A stretch of DNA of 64,000 nucleotides, taken from Chitinophaga sp. GTDB lineage: Bacteria; Bacteroidota; Bacteroidia; Chitinophagales; Chitinophagaceae. The stretch lies in assembly GCF_019236475.1 (NCBI RefSeq), contig NZ_JAFAIX010000012.1, positions 1,120,619 through 1,184,618 on the forward strand, given 5' to 3'. The notes under the pieces are model-generated. The model searched no databases and had not been told where the DNA came from. It saw nothing but the letters and a program-made list of their open reading frames with translations. The translations under genes and the position numbers were made by a program. Below, one piece after another: positions 47,666-57,611 of the stretch. The stretch's first letter is position 1; each line of letters opens with the position of its first letter.

Positions 47666-48712
47666 TTATAACGCTTTGATAAAAGTCAGATATGTGGGGA
47701 AGTGATCGCTGAAACCACCTGCGTAATTATCAAAATCGTAGGTGCGTTTAGGATAGCCTTTATATTTTCCGGATGACTGGATCATATCATCTCTTTTGAA
47801 AATATTTGCTCTATAAAAGCGGAACTGATCGTCTTTCTTTGCCAGCAAGGCCTGTGAAATCATGATCTGATCAAAGAGTGCCCATGCATCTTGGTAGGCC
47901 AGGGTACCGATACCTTTGTTGTAGAAAGATACCCACGGGTTGAAGAGCTCACCCGCTTTCAGTTTATCCTGGTTACCTCCTGCTTTCAATACTTTGGTAA
48001 TGCTCTCGTTTGTAGGGTTATCATTCAGATCGCCCATTACAACGATGCTGGCATCTGGTTCTGATTGGGAAATAGAATCAATCATTTGGCGACAAACCTG
48101 TGCCGCTGCAGCCCTATTAGGCGCACTTGCAGCTTCTCCTCCCAGACGGCTTGGCCAGTGGTTTACAAAAATATGGAAGGTCTGACCATCCAGCGATCCT
48201 TTTACCCAGAGAACATCGCGGGTTTTATGACGGTATCCATTGGCATCTGCTGGAAGATCTACCCGCAGCGGACGACTATCTATTACCGTGAAATGTGTAG
48301 GATTATATAATAAACCAACATCTACGCCACGAGCATCTGGAGAATCATAATGTACAATTTTATAATTTCTGGATTTCAGATTTGGGTGATTCGTAAGGTC
48401 TTCTAACACGCCACGGTTCTCGATTTCAGAAACACCCAGGATGGTGAGTCCTTCTGGAGAAATGGCGGTACCAATGTCTTTGATAACAGAAGATAGGTTA
48501 TTCAGTTTGTCCAGATAAACTGCTCCTGTATATCTTTTTTTCCCTTCTGGAAGAAATTCGTAGTCGTTCACTCCTTGCTGGTGCACCGTATCGTAGAAGT
48601 TCTCCAGGTTATAGAACCCGATATTCACCACCTTGTACTGTTTGTTTTGGGCAAAGGCGCCGCAACAGAAGGCCAGCAGGAAACCTAAAAAGAAGAATTT
48701 TTTTCTTTGCAT
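47666..48712 (-). CDS. Secreted endonuclease/exonuclease/phosphatase (EEP)-family nuclease
   Basis: 348 aa with signal peptide MQRKKFFFLGFLLAFCCGAFAQ. EEP landmarks are VVNIGFYNLENFYD, VNHWPSR, VVMGDLND and GFSDHFPTYLTF. Confidence 0.8.
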   Translation of the reverse strand: MQRKKFFFLGFLLAFCCGAFAQNKQYKVVNIGFYNLENFYDTVHQQGVNDYEFLPEGKKRYTGAVYLDKLNNLSSVIKDIGTAISPEGLTILGVSEIENRGVLEDLTNHPNLKSRNYKIVHYDSPDARGVDVGLLYNPTHFTVIDSRPLRVDLPADANGYRHKTRDVLWVKGSLDGQTFHIFVNHWPSRLGGEAASAPNRAAAAQVCRQMIDSISQSEPDASIVVMGDLNDNPTNESITKVLKAGGNQDKLKAGELFNPWVSFYNKGIGTLAYQDAWALFDQIMISQALLAKKDDQFRFYRANIFKRDDMIQSSGKYKGYPKRTYDFDNYAGGFSDHFPTYLTFIKAL

Positions 48713-49095
48713 GTACTTAATATAGAATAAGGTATCGGTATAATGGTCGCATAGCTTTGTGTCAACAGGATAAGTTGATCTGCATTACGATCGCTGTATG
48801 TAAAAACGAGCGGCGAACTTCGTAAAAATACCTGGGATAAACAAAGCGGGTACTAAAATTAAATGTAAAGTTTCCTTGAATTAATGAATCGTTAATCTGG
48901 AATTATCATCTAGCCACCCTAAATTTGCACGTTCGTAAAAAAATGTACTGTCTAGCCTAAATGCACGAGATGCAGGTTTGTCAGCCATGATCACAACGAT
49001 ACCTATACGAAGTACGAGTGCCTATAAATGTCAGCATATCTACAAGATAGATGATTAGCTTATTTAACAAACGTGTATTGTACAAACTTTAATGC

Positions 49096-51636
49096 ATGAA
49101 TAGATCTGCCAGGTTTTTTTCAAAAAAACTTTTTGCCGGAATTGGCTTTGTACTGGCTGCTCCTGCTGTTTTCGCCCAGGTGAAAAAAGACAGCGTTGCC
49201 GTACAAGAGCTGAAGGATGATATTAAAAGTAATATCCCGGTTGTGGTACTGGATGAGAATGATGCGGATAACAACACCGGCTCATCAGGCCAGAGTATTT
49301 CTTCGATCCTCTATGGAGGCCGCGATCCTTATTATTCCGGTGTATTCAATTTCAATGTCGCGAGGTTCAGACTTCGTGGTTACGATGCATCTTACTTTGA
49401 TACCTATATCAATGGTGCGCCGGTTAAAAACCTTACCAATGGTTATACCTCCTGGAGTCTCTGGGGTGGCCTAAATGATGTAATGCATAGCAGGGTTACC
49501 AGTAATGGTCTGCGTCCTATCGATTTCGGTTTTGGAGATATCGGTGGTGCAAACTACATCGATATACGCGCTTCAAAGCAGCGTAAAGAACTGAGCGTAA
49601 GCTATGCACAGTCTAATCGTAACTATAATAACCGTGTAATGGCAAGTTGGTCGTCAGGAATGCTTGCCAATGGCTGGGCCTTCTCGCTGGCTGGATCTTT
49701 CCGCTATGCCGGCGAAGGATTTGTACAAGGTACTTATTATAACGGCGCCTCTTACTATGCTTCTGTTGATAAGAAAATCAACAAAAATCACCTGTTGTCA
49801 TTCACTACCTTCGGTACGCCCACAGCCACCGGCGGACAGTCCGCTGCTACGCAGGAAATGTACGATCTCGCTGGAAGTAACTTCTACAACCCTTCCTGGG
49901 GATATCAAGAAGGCAAGAAACGTAGCGCTAACTACACTACTACTTTCCAACCGTTCTTTATCCTGAGCCACGAATGGACGATCAATAATAAGAGCAGTCT
50001 GAAAACCGCTGTGAGCTACAACTTCGGTGAAAGAGCCCGCACTGTATTAGATTGGTACAATGCACCAGACCCAAGACCAGATTACTACCGCAATCTACCT
50101 AGCTATGCTACCGATCCGGCTGTAAAAGCAATGCTGACAGACCTCTACAGAAATAATATCAGCTACCGTCAGGTAAACTGGGATAACCTATATGATGTCA
50201 ACCGTCATAATGCTGCCGGCATGAAAGGTGTAGCTGGTCATATGTCCCGCTATATCCTGGAAGATAAAGTGACTTATACCAAGAAAGCAAACTTCAATAC
50301 GGTATATAACACCACTTATGGTAAAAATCATGAGTTCACTGCAGGCTTCACTTATAACAGACAAGAAGACCGCAATTTCGAAAGGGTAAATGATCTGCTG
50401 GGTGGCGATTACTTCGTAAACCTCAATCAGTTTGCTGAAAGAGACTTTCCAGGTAATACCAATATGAACCAGTTTGATGTGGATAACCCGAACCGTATCC
50501 TGAAAAAAGGAGATGAATTCGGCTACAACTACACCCTGACGCTGAATGAAGCGAAAGCTTTTGCACAGACGGTACTGAAATTTGATCACTTTGATGTGTT
50601 CCTCGCTGGAAACTATACTTATACCAGCATGTGGAGAACCGGTAACGTGAGAAATGGTCTGTATCCTGATAATTCAAAAGGTAAATCTGATGTATTTACT
50701 TTCAATAATGTATCTGCAAAAGGCGGCGTGACCTATAAAATAGATGGTCGTAACTATCTGTTCGCAAATGCTGCTTATACTTCAAGAGCTCCTTTCGTAG
50801 AGAATGTATTTATCTCTCCTCGTAATCGTAATACAGCTCAGGGAGATCTTCGTTCCGAGAAAATCCTGGATATAGAAGCTGGTTATGTATTGAACTGGGA
50901 GAAACTGAAATTCCGTCTGAATGGTTACTATACCAACTTCAAAGATGGTATGGATGTACTATCTTATTATGACGACAGCTACCAGAACCTCGTAAACTAC
51001 GCCCTGACCAATATTGGTAAAGAGCATTATGGAGTGGAAATCGGCGTGGAAGCTCCGATTTATAAAGGCCTGAGCGTGAAAGCTGCTGCTAATATCGGTC
51101 GTTACTACTATAATAGTCGCCAGAATGCGATTGTAACGGTAGATAACAGTTCTGCAATCCTGGCCAACGAAACGGTATATTCCAAAAACTACCGCATCGG
51201 TCAAACTCCGCAAGAGGCATATACTGTAGGCCTGAACTATCAAGGTAAGAAATACTGGTTTGCTAACCTGAACTTCAACTACTTTGATCAGATGTGGGTA
51301 GATATGAACCCTATCAGGCGCACAGAGCGCGCTACTACTGGCGTGAAACCTGGTTCTGATCTCTGGAAGAGCATCCTCGCTCAGGAGCAATTGCCATCTC
51401 AATACACTGTTGATATCTATGGTGGTAAAACCTTCTCTGTAAAAACTGGTAAAGTAAGATCTACACTGGTGTTTACCGCAGGTATTAACAACCTCCTGAA
51501 CAATACCAAGATGAGAACTGGCGGCTTTGAACAGCTCCGTTTCGACTATACCGATAAAAACGTAAACAAATTCCCGGCTAAATACTACTACGCCTACGGT
51601 CTGAATTACTTTGTCAGCCTGGGTCTGAGAATGTAA
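49096..51636 (+). CDS. TonB-dependent receptor (no SusD partner)
   Basis: 846 aa with a signal peptide. Plug-like ...ILYGGRDPYYSGVFNFNVARFRLRGYD...YINGAPV. Long beta-barrel with alternating strands. Confidence 0.85.
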   Translation: MNRSARFFSKKLFAGIGFVLAAPAVFAQVKKDSVAVQELKDDIKSNIPVVVLDENDADNNTGSSGQSISSILYGGRDPYYSGVFNFNVARFRLRGYDASYFDTYINGAPVKNLTNGYTSWSLWGGLNDVMHSRVTSNGLRPIDFGFGDIGGANYIDIRASKQRKELSVSYAQSNRNYNNRVMASWSSGMLANGWAFSLAGSFRYAGEGFVQGTYYNGASYYASVDKKINKNHLLSFTTFGTPTATGGQSAATQEMYDLAGSNFYNPSWGYQEGKKRSANYTTTFQPFFILSHEWTINNKSSLKTAVSYNFGERARTVLDWYNAPDPRPDYYRNLPSYATDPAVKAMLTDLYRNNISYRQVNWDNLYDVNRHNAAGMKGVAGHMSRYILEDKVTYTKKANFNTVYNTTYGKNHEFTAGFTYNRQEDRNFERVNDLLGGDYFVNLNQFAERDFPGNTNMNQFDVDNPNRILKKGDEFGYNYTLTLNEAKAFAQTVLKFDHFDVFLAGNYTYTSMWRTGNVRNGLYPDNSKGKSDVFTFNNVSAKGGVTYKIDGRNYLFANAAYTSRAPFVENVFISPRNRNTAQGDLRSEKILDIEAGYVLNWEKLKFRLNGYYTNFKDGMDVLSYYDDSYQNLVNYALTNIGKEHYGVEIGVEAPIYKGLSVKAAANIGRYYYNSRQNAIVTVDNSSAILANETVYSKNYRIGQTPQEAYTVGLNYQGKKYWFANLNFNYFDQMWVDMNPIRRTERATTGVKPGSDLWKSILAQEQLPSQYTVDIYGGKTFSVKTGKVRSTLVFTAGINNLLNNTKMRTGGFEQLRFDYTDKNVNKFPAKYYYAYGLNYFVSLGLRM

Positions 51637-51691
51637 TACCGGCACCTGAATACATCTAACTAAATAAATAACTTATTAAATAATACATCTG

Positions 51692-53779
51692 ATGAACAAA
51701 TTGTGTAAACAATTCGTAAGGTTTTCTGGAGGTTTAGCCCTGCTGGGAGCATTAGCAATCGTTTCATGTAAAAAAACTTTTGACGAGCCTCCTTATAACA
51801 GTGGAGAGCCTGCCATCGTGGTTAATAGCGGCATCGCTGACCTGCAGGCGCTGTATAAAGGCAGCCCTGTAACTATCACCGACAACATGGTATTTTCCGG
51901 TGTAGTAATCGGTGATGATAAATCCGGTAACTTATTTAAACAGATTGTTATCCAAGATAGCACTGGCGGTATCAACATTCAGTTGGATGCATCTAACCTG
52001 AATGCAAAATATCCTATTGGTCGTAAAGTGTTCGTAAAAGCGAAAGGTCTGACCCTGGGCGCTTATGGCGGACTGTTGGAACTGGGTCTGGGTGTAAATG
52101 ACCAAAACCAGCCAGTACGTATTCCTTCTGCTGTAATCGACTCTTTCCTGGTGGGAGGTAGCTCTGGCAACGTAGTAGTTCCATTGGAACTGACTGTGGA
52201 TAAACTGAGCCAGAAATACCAGAATATGCTGATTACGCTGAAAGACATGCAAGTAGCTACTGCTGATATGAATAAAACCTATGCAGATACTACTAAAGCC
52301 GCTGCTAACGTAAATATCAACCTGGTAAACTGTGCTAGCGGTGCTGTAGTAATGCGTACTTCCAGCTATGCCAACTTCGCTGGTATTAAAGTGCCTGGTG
52401 GTAAAGGTAATATCACTGGTATCTATACTTTCTTTAACACTACCAGCCAGTTCGTGATCCGTGATACTGCTGACGTGCGCCTGATGACTGGCACTCGTTG
52501 CGACGGTACTTCTGCTACTACCATTACTATCGGCGATCTGAGAAAAATGTATAAAGGTGCGGATGTAGTAATCCCTGCTAATACTTCTATCATCGGTACC
52601 GTAGTTTCTTCTTCAGCGAACGAATCTACTGGCAACGTAAGAATTGCGCAGGCAGACAACTCTGCAGGTGTGCTCTTGTATACTTTGAAAGGTTCTCCTG
52701 ACTATGCACAAGGATCTATCCTGAATATCAATGTAGGTGGTGCTACCCTGACAGCCTTCCAAGGTGAACTGGAACTGAAAAACGTTCCTATTGCCAATGT
52801 AGTAGCGAATGGTACAGGTGGTGTAACGCCACGTCAGACAGATGTGAAAACAGCTATCGCTAATAAATCTATCTGGTCATCTACCCTGGTAACATTGAAA
52901 AATGTAAACGTATCTGCTGGTACTCCTGCTGGTAGCGGTGCAAACTATACCATTACAGATGCAACTACCGGTAACATCGTAGCATATGTGAAAGATCCTG
53001 CTATCGCAATCAATGCTCCATTGACGAATGCAACTGTAACTGGATATTTATCCGTATTCTTGTCTGCAACCGCTACCGATACTGTAACTCAACTGGGACT
53101 GCGTTCTTCTAGCGACATTGTAGGTGGTGCGGTAAACCCTGCTACCAACATCGTACTGGGTACTTCTCCATATCTGATTGATTTTAATAATCTCAGCAAT
53201 GGTCTGCCTGCAGGGGTTACGTTGAAAATTCCTACTGCTACAACTTTGGGTGCTGATCCTGCTGCAGCGAATGCGCTGAAACCAGCTTTGAGACCTATGT
53301 GGAAAGAAACAACCGGTGCATTCAAAAACTTAGCTTCTGCTAATGATGCCTCTATCACTGCAGCCAGCGATAGCCTGACCCAGGCAGCTTCTACAAACAG
53401 GGCACTGGGTGTTCGTCAAACAGGTACATTTGAAGCGGTTGCCTACACATTTGAAGTGAACGATACCAAAGGTAAATCGAACCTGAAAATGTCTTTCTCC
53501 CTGCAATCACTGGATGCTACCTCTGGAAGAACAACCACTTGGTATGTAGATTATGGTTTCGGCGATAATCCAAGCACTTTTACGAAAGCTACTAACGTAA
53601 CTGGCACCCTGACAACAGGGGGACTGGCGCAGTCTAACAATACGATTAATGTAGACTTTGGCTCTGCACTGGATAACCAGACAGGTAAAGTATACATTCG
53701 TATTATCACCACAGCCGCTACTACTGGTACTGGTAACCGTGCTACCAGTGCTATTGATGATGTGAAATTCTCATGGTAA
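51692..53779 (+). CDS. Surface lipoprotein, DUF5689-like N-terminal (OB-fold-type) region with a C-terminal jelly-roll-like domain
   Basis: 695 aa with lipobox LAIVSCKK. ...IADLQALYKGSPVTITDNMVFSGVVIGDDKSGNLFKQIVIQDSTGGINIQL...VFVKAKGLTLGAYGGLLELG matches my memory of DUF5689 proteins, which accompany TonB receptors and nucleases in Bacteroidota. It ends ...SAIDDVKFSW. Confidence 0.55.
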   Translation: MNKLCKQFVRFSGGLALLGALAIVSCKKTFDEPPYNSGEPAIVVNSGIADLQALYKGSPVTITDNMVFSGVVIGDDKSGNLFKQIVIQDSTGGINIQLDASNLNAKYPIGRKVFVKAKGLTLGAYGGLLELGLGVNDQNQPVRIPSAVIDSFLVGGSSGNVVVPLELTVDKLSQKYQNMLITLKDMQVATADMNKTYADTTKAAANVNINLVNCASGAVVMRTSSYANFAGIKVPGGKGNITGIYTFFNTTSQFVIRDTADVRLMTGTRCDGTSATTITIGDLRKMYKGADVVIPANTSIIGTVVSSSANESTGNVRIAQADNSAGVLLYTLKGSPDYAQGSILNINVGGATLTAFQGELELKNVPIANVVANGTGGVTPRQTDVKTAIANKSIWSSTLVTLKNVNVSAGTPAGSGANYTITDATTGNIVAYVKDPAIAINAPLTNATVTGYLSVFLSATATDTVTQLGLRSSSDIVGGAVNPATNIVLGTSPYLIDFNNLSNGLPAGVTLKIPTATTLGADPAAANALKPALRPMWKETTGAFKNLASANDASITAASDSLTQAASTNRALGVRQTGTFEAVAYTFEVNDTKGKSNLKMSFSLQSLDATSGRTTTWYVDYGFGDNPSTFTKATNVTGTLTTGGLAQSNNTINVDFGSALDNQTGKVYIRIITTAATTGTGNRATSAIDDVKFSW

Positions 53780-53801
53780 TAGGGGCAACCCTTTCCTGCA
53801 T

Positions 53802-53830
53802 GTCGTTCCTGCCCGATGGGCAGGAACGAC
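53802..53830. repeat. REP-like palindromic element (solo copy)
   Basis: gtcgttcctgccc-gat-gggcaggaacgac (13-bp perfect stem) followed by gaaaag. Related to the tandem units at 60044-60178. Confidence 0.6.
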
Positions 53831-53845
53831 GAAAAGATAAAAAAA

Positions 53846-53877
53846 GGATTGACGTCGCAGACGTCAATCCTTTTTTT
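53846..53877. terminator. Bidirectional rho-independent terminator
   Basis: aaaaaaa-ggattgacgtc-gca-gacgtcaatcc-ttttttt between convergent genes (53779 + / 53906 -). Confidence 0.8.
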
Positions 53878-53905
53878 ATTCAGCTCTATTTTACACAATA
53901 AACAT

Positions 53906-54271
53906 TTAACTGTTATCCCCTTGTAACGCACGTTGTTTGCTCCCCCAGGTGCTTAGTAAATCCAATATAGGAATCAATTCAGTAGCGGCAGGAGTAAGCG
54001 TATATTCCACGCGAATAGGCACTTCTGCAAATACGTTCCTAATAATGAGTCCATCTTGTTCCATGGATTTTAGCTGTAAAGTGAGCATACGTTCACTGAT
54101 ATACGAAAATTCCTTTTTGAGGTCGCTGTACCTGGAGGTACCTTTCCTGATTTTGTCCAATAGTAGTAGCTTCCATCGCCCACCTATTACGTGTACTGCA
54201 TAAGACATATTACAGTTGATAATGAGCTTTTCATTTCGGGTATACGTTGAGCTTTGTTTTCTGGTTCCCAT
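53906..54271 (-). CDS. HxlR-family winged-helix transcriptional regulator
   Basis: 121 aa. ...AVHVIGGRWKLLLLDKIRKGTSRYSDLKKEFSYISERMLTLQLKSMEQDGLIIRNVFAEVPIRVEYTLTP is the HxlR signature. Confidence 0.88.
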   Translation of the reverse strand: MGTRKQSSTYTRNEKLIINCNMSYAVHVIGGRWKLLLLDKIRKGTSRYSDLKKEFSYISERMLTLQLKSMEQDGLIIRNVFAEVPIRVEYTLTPAATELIPILDLLSTWGSKQRALQGDNS

Positions 54272-54401
54272 AACTAACTAACATGTTTGTTCGTACCACA
54301 CAATTGGTAGTACCTATTCTAAAATTAATATCAACCACCTACTTTTACAAAAGAATTTCTGGCCAGACATTCTGCTAAACATTACATAAAGCAGAAAGTA
54401 T

Positions 54402-55154
54402 ATGAACTTACATTTAAGCGGGAAAAAAGCGGTTGTAACCGGCGCAAGTCAAGGGCTCGGACGAGCTATCACGAAAGAATTAGCGCTGGAAGGGGTGGAA
54501 GTATTGGCTGTAGCAAGAGATGAGGTAGCACTCCAGGAAATGAGAGATGAAATTATCCAAGCAGGAGGAGTAGCACCACAGTTGTTGAGTCAGGATTTCA
54601 CCGCCGCCGATGGACCGCAGAAAATAGCTGCAGCAGCATTTGACCGATTGAAACAGGTAGATATCCTGGTGAACAATGCTGGCCGTAGTCAGCCTTTGGA
54701 CGTGATAGGATCGGATGAAGCCTGGGAAGCCTCTCTTACACTTGATTTTACGCAGCACAGAAGACTGACCCAATTAATATTGCCACATTTTATGGAGCGG
54801 AAAGAAGGCGTTATCCTGAATTTGGCCAGTACATACGAATTACGTTCCGTCAATGCATCTGCTGTAGCCAAAGCCAGTCTGATCGTATGGGCTAAACAGT
54901 TAGCCTCTCAGTTGGCGCCTTATGGCATTCGGGTGAATTCTATCCAACCAGGTATTATTGACAGTGCGCAGATCAGGCGCATATTCGCAGGAGAAGAGCG
55001 TAAAAAATTTGCAGAGCGGGAAATACCCATGGGAGATTTCGGAAAGCCGGAGGATATCGCTAATATGGCTGTATTCCTGGCATCGCCCAGAGCGAGTTAT
55101 GTCACAGGAACCGTAGCGGTAGTAGATGGAGGAATGAGAAGATATGCTTTTTAG
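54402..55154 (+). CDS. Short-chain dehydrogenase/reductase (SDR) family oxidoreductase
   Basis: 250 aa. VTGASQGLGRAI (TGxxxGxG), NNAG, and a Rossmann layout. The catalytic YxxxK is not obvious by eye, since the region reads NASAVAKASL. Divergent from the HxlR gene, a common pairing. Confidence 0.8.
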   Translation: MNLHLSGKKAVVTGASQGLGRAITKELALEGVEVLAVARDEVALQEMRDEIIQAGGVAPQLLSQDFTAADGPQKIAAAAFDRLKQVDILVNNAGRSQPLDVIGSDEAWEASLTLDFTQHRRLTQLILPHFMERKEGVILNLASTYELRSVNASAVAKASLIVWAKQLASQLAPYGIRVNSIQPGIIDSAQIRRIFAGEERKKFAEREIPMGDFGKPEDIANMAVFLASPRASYVTGTVAVVDGGMRRYAF

Positions 55155-55195
55155 GGAGACAGCCAGTTCTCGGTATAATACCGTCAAAAGAAAAA

Positions 55196-55236
55196 GCCGA
55201 AGTAGGATGATGTCCTGCTCCGGCTTTTCGTTTTCG
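55196..55236 (+). terminator. Hairpin terminator after the SDR gene
   Basis: gccgaagtagga-tgatg-tcctgctccggc (10/12 bp) followed by ttttcgttttcg. An A-run upstream may also serve the convergent minus gene. Confidence 0.55.
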
Positions 55237-55251
55237 TAGGGGGAAATAGGC

Positions 55252-56223
55252 TTATTTGAATAATTTTGCCTTCAGTTGTGTTCTGATTCCTTCAGGAATA
55301 TTTTTAAACAGGTTGAGCGTAAGGCCTTGGTCTTTAATAGACGCGTTTACTCTAGCTTCCAGTTCATTAACGGTCAGTACGTAATTTTTCCAGGCAGCTT
55401 TTCCGGTACCGCTGGTGGTATACAAGGTATTGTCATTAGGCATGTCAACCGCCACGATGGTAGCATTGGCATCAATACGAGCAAGGTCGTTATTGCCTTT
55501 AGGAATTACCAGTATTACTTTCCATACAGAAGCAGGAACGGTAATATTACCATTGTCAACAGTTGTTACACTAACCGCGCTGGAGTTTTTGCCTCCTTTG
55601 CCATAAGAACCCATGATGATCCAAGCTTCATAACCGGTACCTACAAGGGTATTACGGGCATAGTCTTCCAGACCTTCCCATGGGCCTTGGTTTTGCATAG
55701 GCGCCTGCGGGATCATGTTGGTCATGAGGAAGGTGGTGTTATTGGCAATGTCAGTATTGGTACGGTCGCCGGAAGGACAATTATGTCCGCGGTCAAAACC
55801 ACTGTTTTTATAACTATTTTCATTTACCGCATACCAGGATAAAGGTAGACTCGGGTCTGCGTGAAAATTATTGCTTCTACCGCTGCTGCCGATATCATCG
55901 GAAGAGAGGTGCCAGCTTACCCATACAGGCGTACCACGATTTTTACTATATGCTTCAACAAAATATTTCTGATCCATCAGATAGTTCTCAATCTGTGTCA
56001 GGTTTCTAGTAGCATCAGTAGGGTTGCCCAGCAACAGATGGGTATCATCGCTCAGAGAAGTGCCGTTATCAATAGGGCCATTGTCTACAGGTGGTTTATA
56101 GACGATGGTATCAGGTTTGTTTTGGTTTACTGGTGGTGCTGCTTTACGAATATCATCTTTGGTACAGGCGGCGATCACTAACATGGCGGCATAAATACCC
56201 CATAATCTGAAATTCAGTCTCAT
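55252..56223 (-). CDS. DNA/RNA non-specific endonuclease (lipoprotein)
   Basis: 323 aa with lipobox VIAACTKD. Active-site region GFDRGHNCPSGDRT plus FLMTNMIPQ (the DRGH...N..PQ pattern of the Endonuclease_NS family). Confidence 0.85.
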   Translation of the reverse strand: MRLNFRLWGIYAAMLVIAACTKDDIRKAAPPVNQNKPDTIVYKPPVDNGPIDNGTSLSDDTHLLLGNPTDATRNLTQIENYLMDQKYFVEAYSKNRGTPVWVSWHLSSDDIGSSGRSNNFHADPSLPLSWYAVNENSYKNSGFDRGHNCPSGDRTNTDIANNTTFLMTNMIPQAPMQNQGPWEGLEDYARNTLVGTGYEAWIIMGSYGKGGKNSSAVSVTTVDNGNITVPASVWKVILVIPKGNNDLARIDANATIVAVDMPNDNTLYTTSGTGKAAWKNYVLTVNELEARVNASIKDQGLTLNLFKNIPEGIRTQLKAKLFK

Positions 56224-56478
56224 ATAAGTTCGACGTTGTGAATTTAAACGTTAATGTTAAAGTACAATTAGGAATATAGTTACTATCGACGATTTTAGAG
56301 GACGCAATTTAGCGATTATTTCGTGGAATAGACCGTCAGGATAAATTCTTAATGAGTTGTTTATATTGCAATATTATCTTGATGATGAAAACTGGGATGG
56401 CAGCTATGTTTTTGATAAATTTGCTCCCCGAGTCAACAGTACGTAGCAAATTTGTTGTTTAAATTTTAATCCTTTACT

Positions 56479-57453
56479 ATGAAGAAAAGTTTATTGTTGT
56501 TTGGTTTAATCCTTATTGGAGGTGGTGCATTTGCACAAGAAGTTAAATGGGGCGAAGCAGGTTCCCGTACAGATTACAGAAATAATGCTGACGATACGAG
56601 TAATCTTTCTGGCTTCTACCAAGCCTTTGACCCCATTAATTATCCTGCCGGAGCTGCTGATTGGTGGCATTTGTTGGATGTAAAGCACTCCAATCCTCAG
56701 AACCATTTTGCCATGCAGTTTGCGGGGAGTTTCTTTGATCAAAAACTGTATTTCCGGAAAACCCAGAATCTTCCTAATACGCCTTGGTCTCAGGTGGTAT
56801 TGATCAGAGATGGTAAAACCGGATTGATGACCGATAATCCAAGAGCGCAATTCGATGTGGGATTGGCTTCCACAAATAATACAGAGGTAATTACCAGTAT
56901 ACTCGCACGCCTACCAGAATGGAATGATAATGCTATTGGTAACTGTCTGGCTGTAAAGGCAGGTAATACGCAACCCATAAACGCCCGATCTTATTCCCTG
57001 GAGCATTATTTTGGACCTTACCTCAATTCATCGATTAACTTTCATCGGGGAGCTAATGCCGGAGATGGATTTCTTACTTTTGCCACCTCTGCGGGTTCAG
57101 AAAGAATGCGTATCACCTATTGGGGAGATGTTGGTATCGGAACAACCGCACCTCAGTCAAAACTGGCGGTGGCAGGTACTATCACCGCACAAAAAGTAAA
57201 AGTAACCGCGACCGGCTGGCCTGATTATGTGTTTGCAGATGATTACCCATTACCATCCTTATCAGCAGTGGAAGAATATATCCGTACCCATCGTCATTTG
57301 CCTGAAATTCCTGCCGCTAATGATGTTGAAAAGAATGGCCAGGACCTCGGAGAAATGAATAAAAAACTCTTGCAAAAAGTAGAAGAACTTACCCTATACG
57401 TAATTGAACTTCAAAAACAGGTCAATGCCCTACAGGAAAAAGTGAATAAATAA
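56479..57453 (+). CDS. Secreted fibre-like protein with a GIGT motif and a C-terminal GWPDYVF/coiled-coil domain
   Basis: 324 aa with a signal peptide. ...WGDVGIGTTAPQSKLAVAGTITAQKVKVTATGWPDYVFADDYPLPSLSAVEEYIRTHRHLPEIP...KLLQKVEELTLYVIELQKQV. I recall this architecture as common in Bacteroidota hypothetical or 'tail fiber' proteins. Confidence 0.7.
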   Translation: MKKSLLLFGLILIGGGAFAQEVKWGEAGSRTDYRNNADDTSNLSGFYQAFDPINYPAGAADWWHLLDVKHSNPQNHFAMQFAGSFFDQKLYFRKTQNLPNTPWSQVVLIRDGKTGLMTDNPRAQFDVGLASTNNTEVITSILARLPEWNDNAIGNCLAVKAGNTQPINARSYSLEHYFGPYLNSSINFHRGANAGDGFLTFATSAGSERMRITYWGDVGIGTTAPQSKLAVAGTITAQKVKVTATGWPDYVFADDYPLPSLSAVEEYIRTHRHLPEIPAANDVEKNGQDLGEMNKKLLQKVEELTLYVIELQKQVNALQEKVNK

Positions 57454-57462
57454 TAAGTGTGA

Positions 57463-57491
57463 AGCCTGGCGAATGCCAGGCTGTTGTTTTA
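57463..57491 (+). terminator. Rho-independent terminator
   Basis: agcctggc-gaat-gccaggct followed by gttgtttta. Confidence 0.7.
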
Positions 57492-57611
57492 TAGATAGGC
57501 TAGTATCATCACTCATAGTTGTCTTGTTCCCAAAATATCCAAGTATTGCTATGATATGGCAACAAAATTGCATAGGAATGTTGTATCTTTTATACCTAGA
57601 TATTTCCCTGT

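Noticed and set aside
50959-51645. 228-aa minus-strand ORF inside the TonB-dependent receptor gene
   Set aside because: It is an antisense shadow ORF. The plus-strand product has clear plug and barrel features.
55276-55842. 188-aa plus-strand ORF inside the non-specific endonuclease gene
   Set aside because: The minus-strand product has the lipobox and the DRGH active site. The plus-strand frame shows no motifs.
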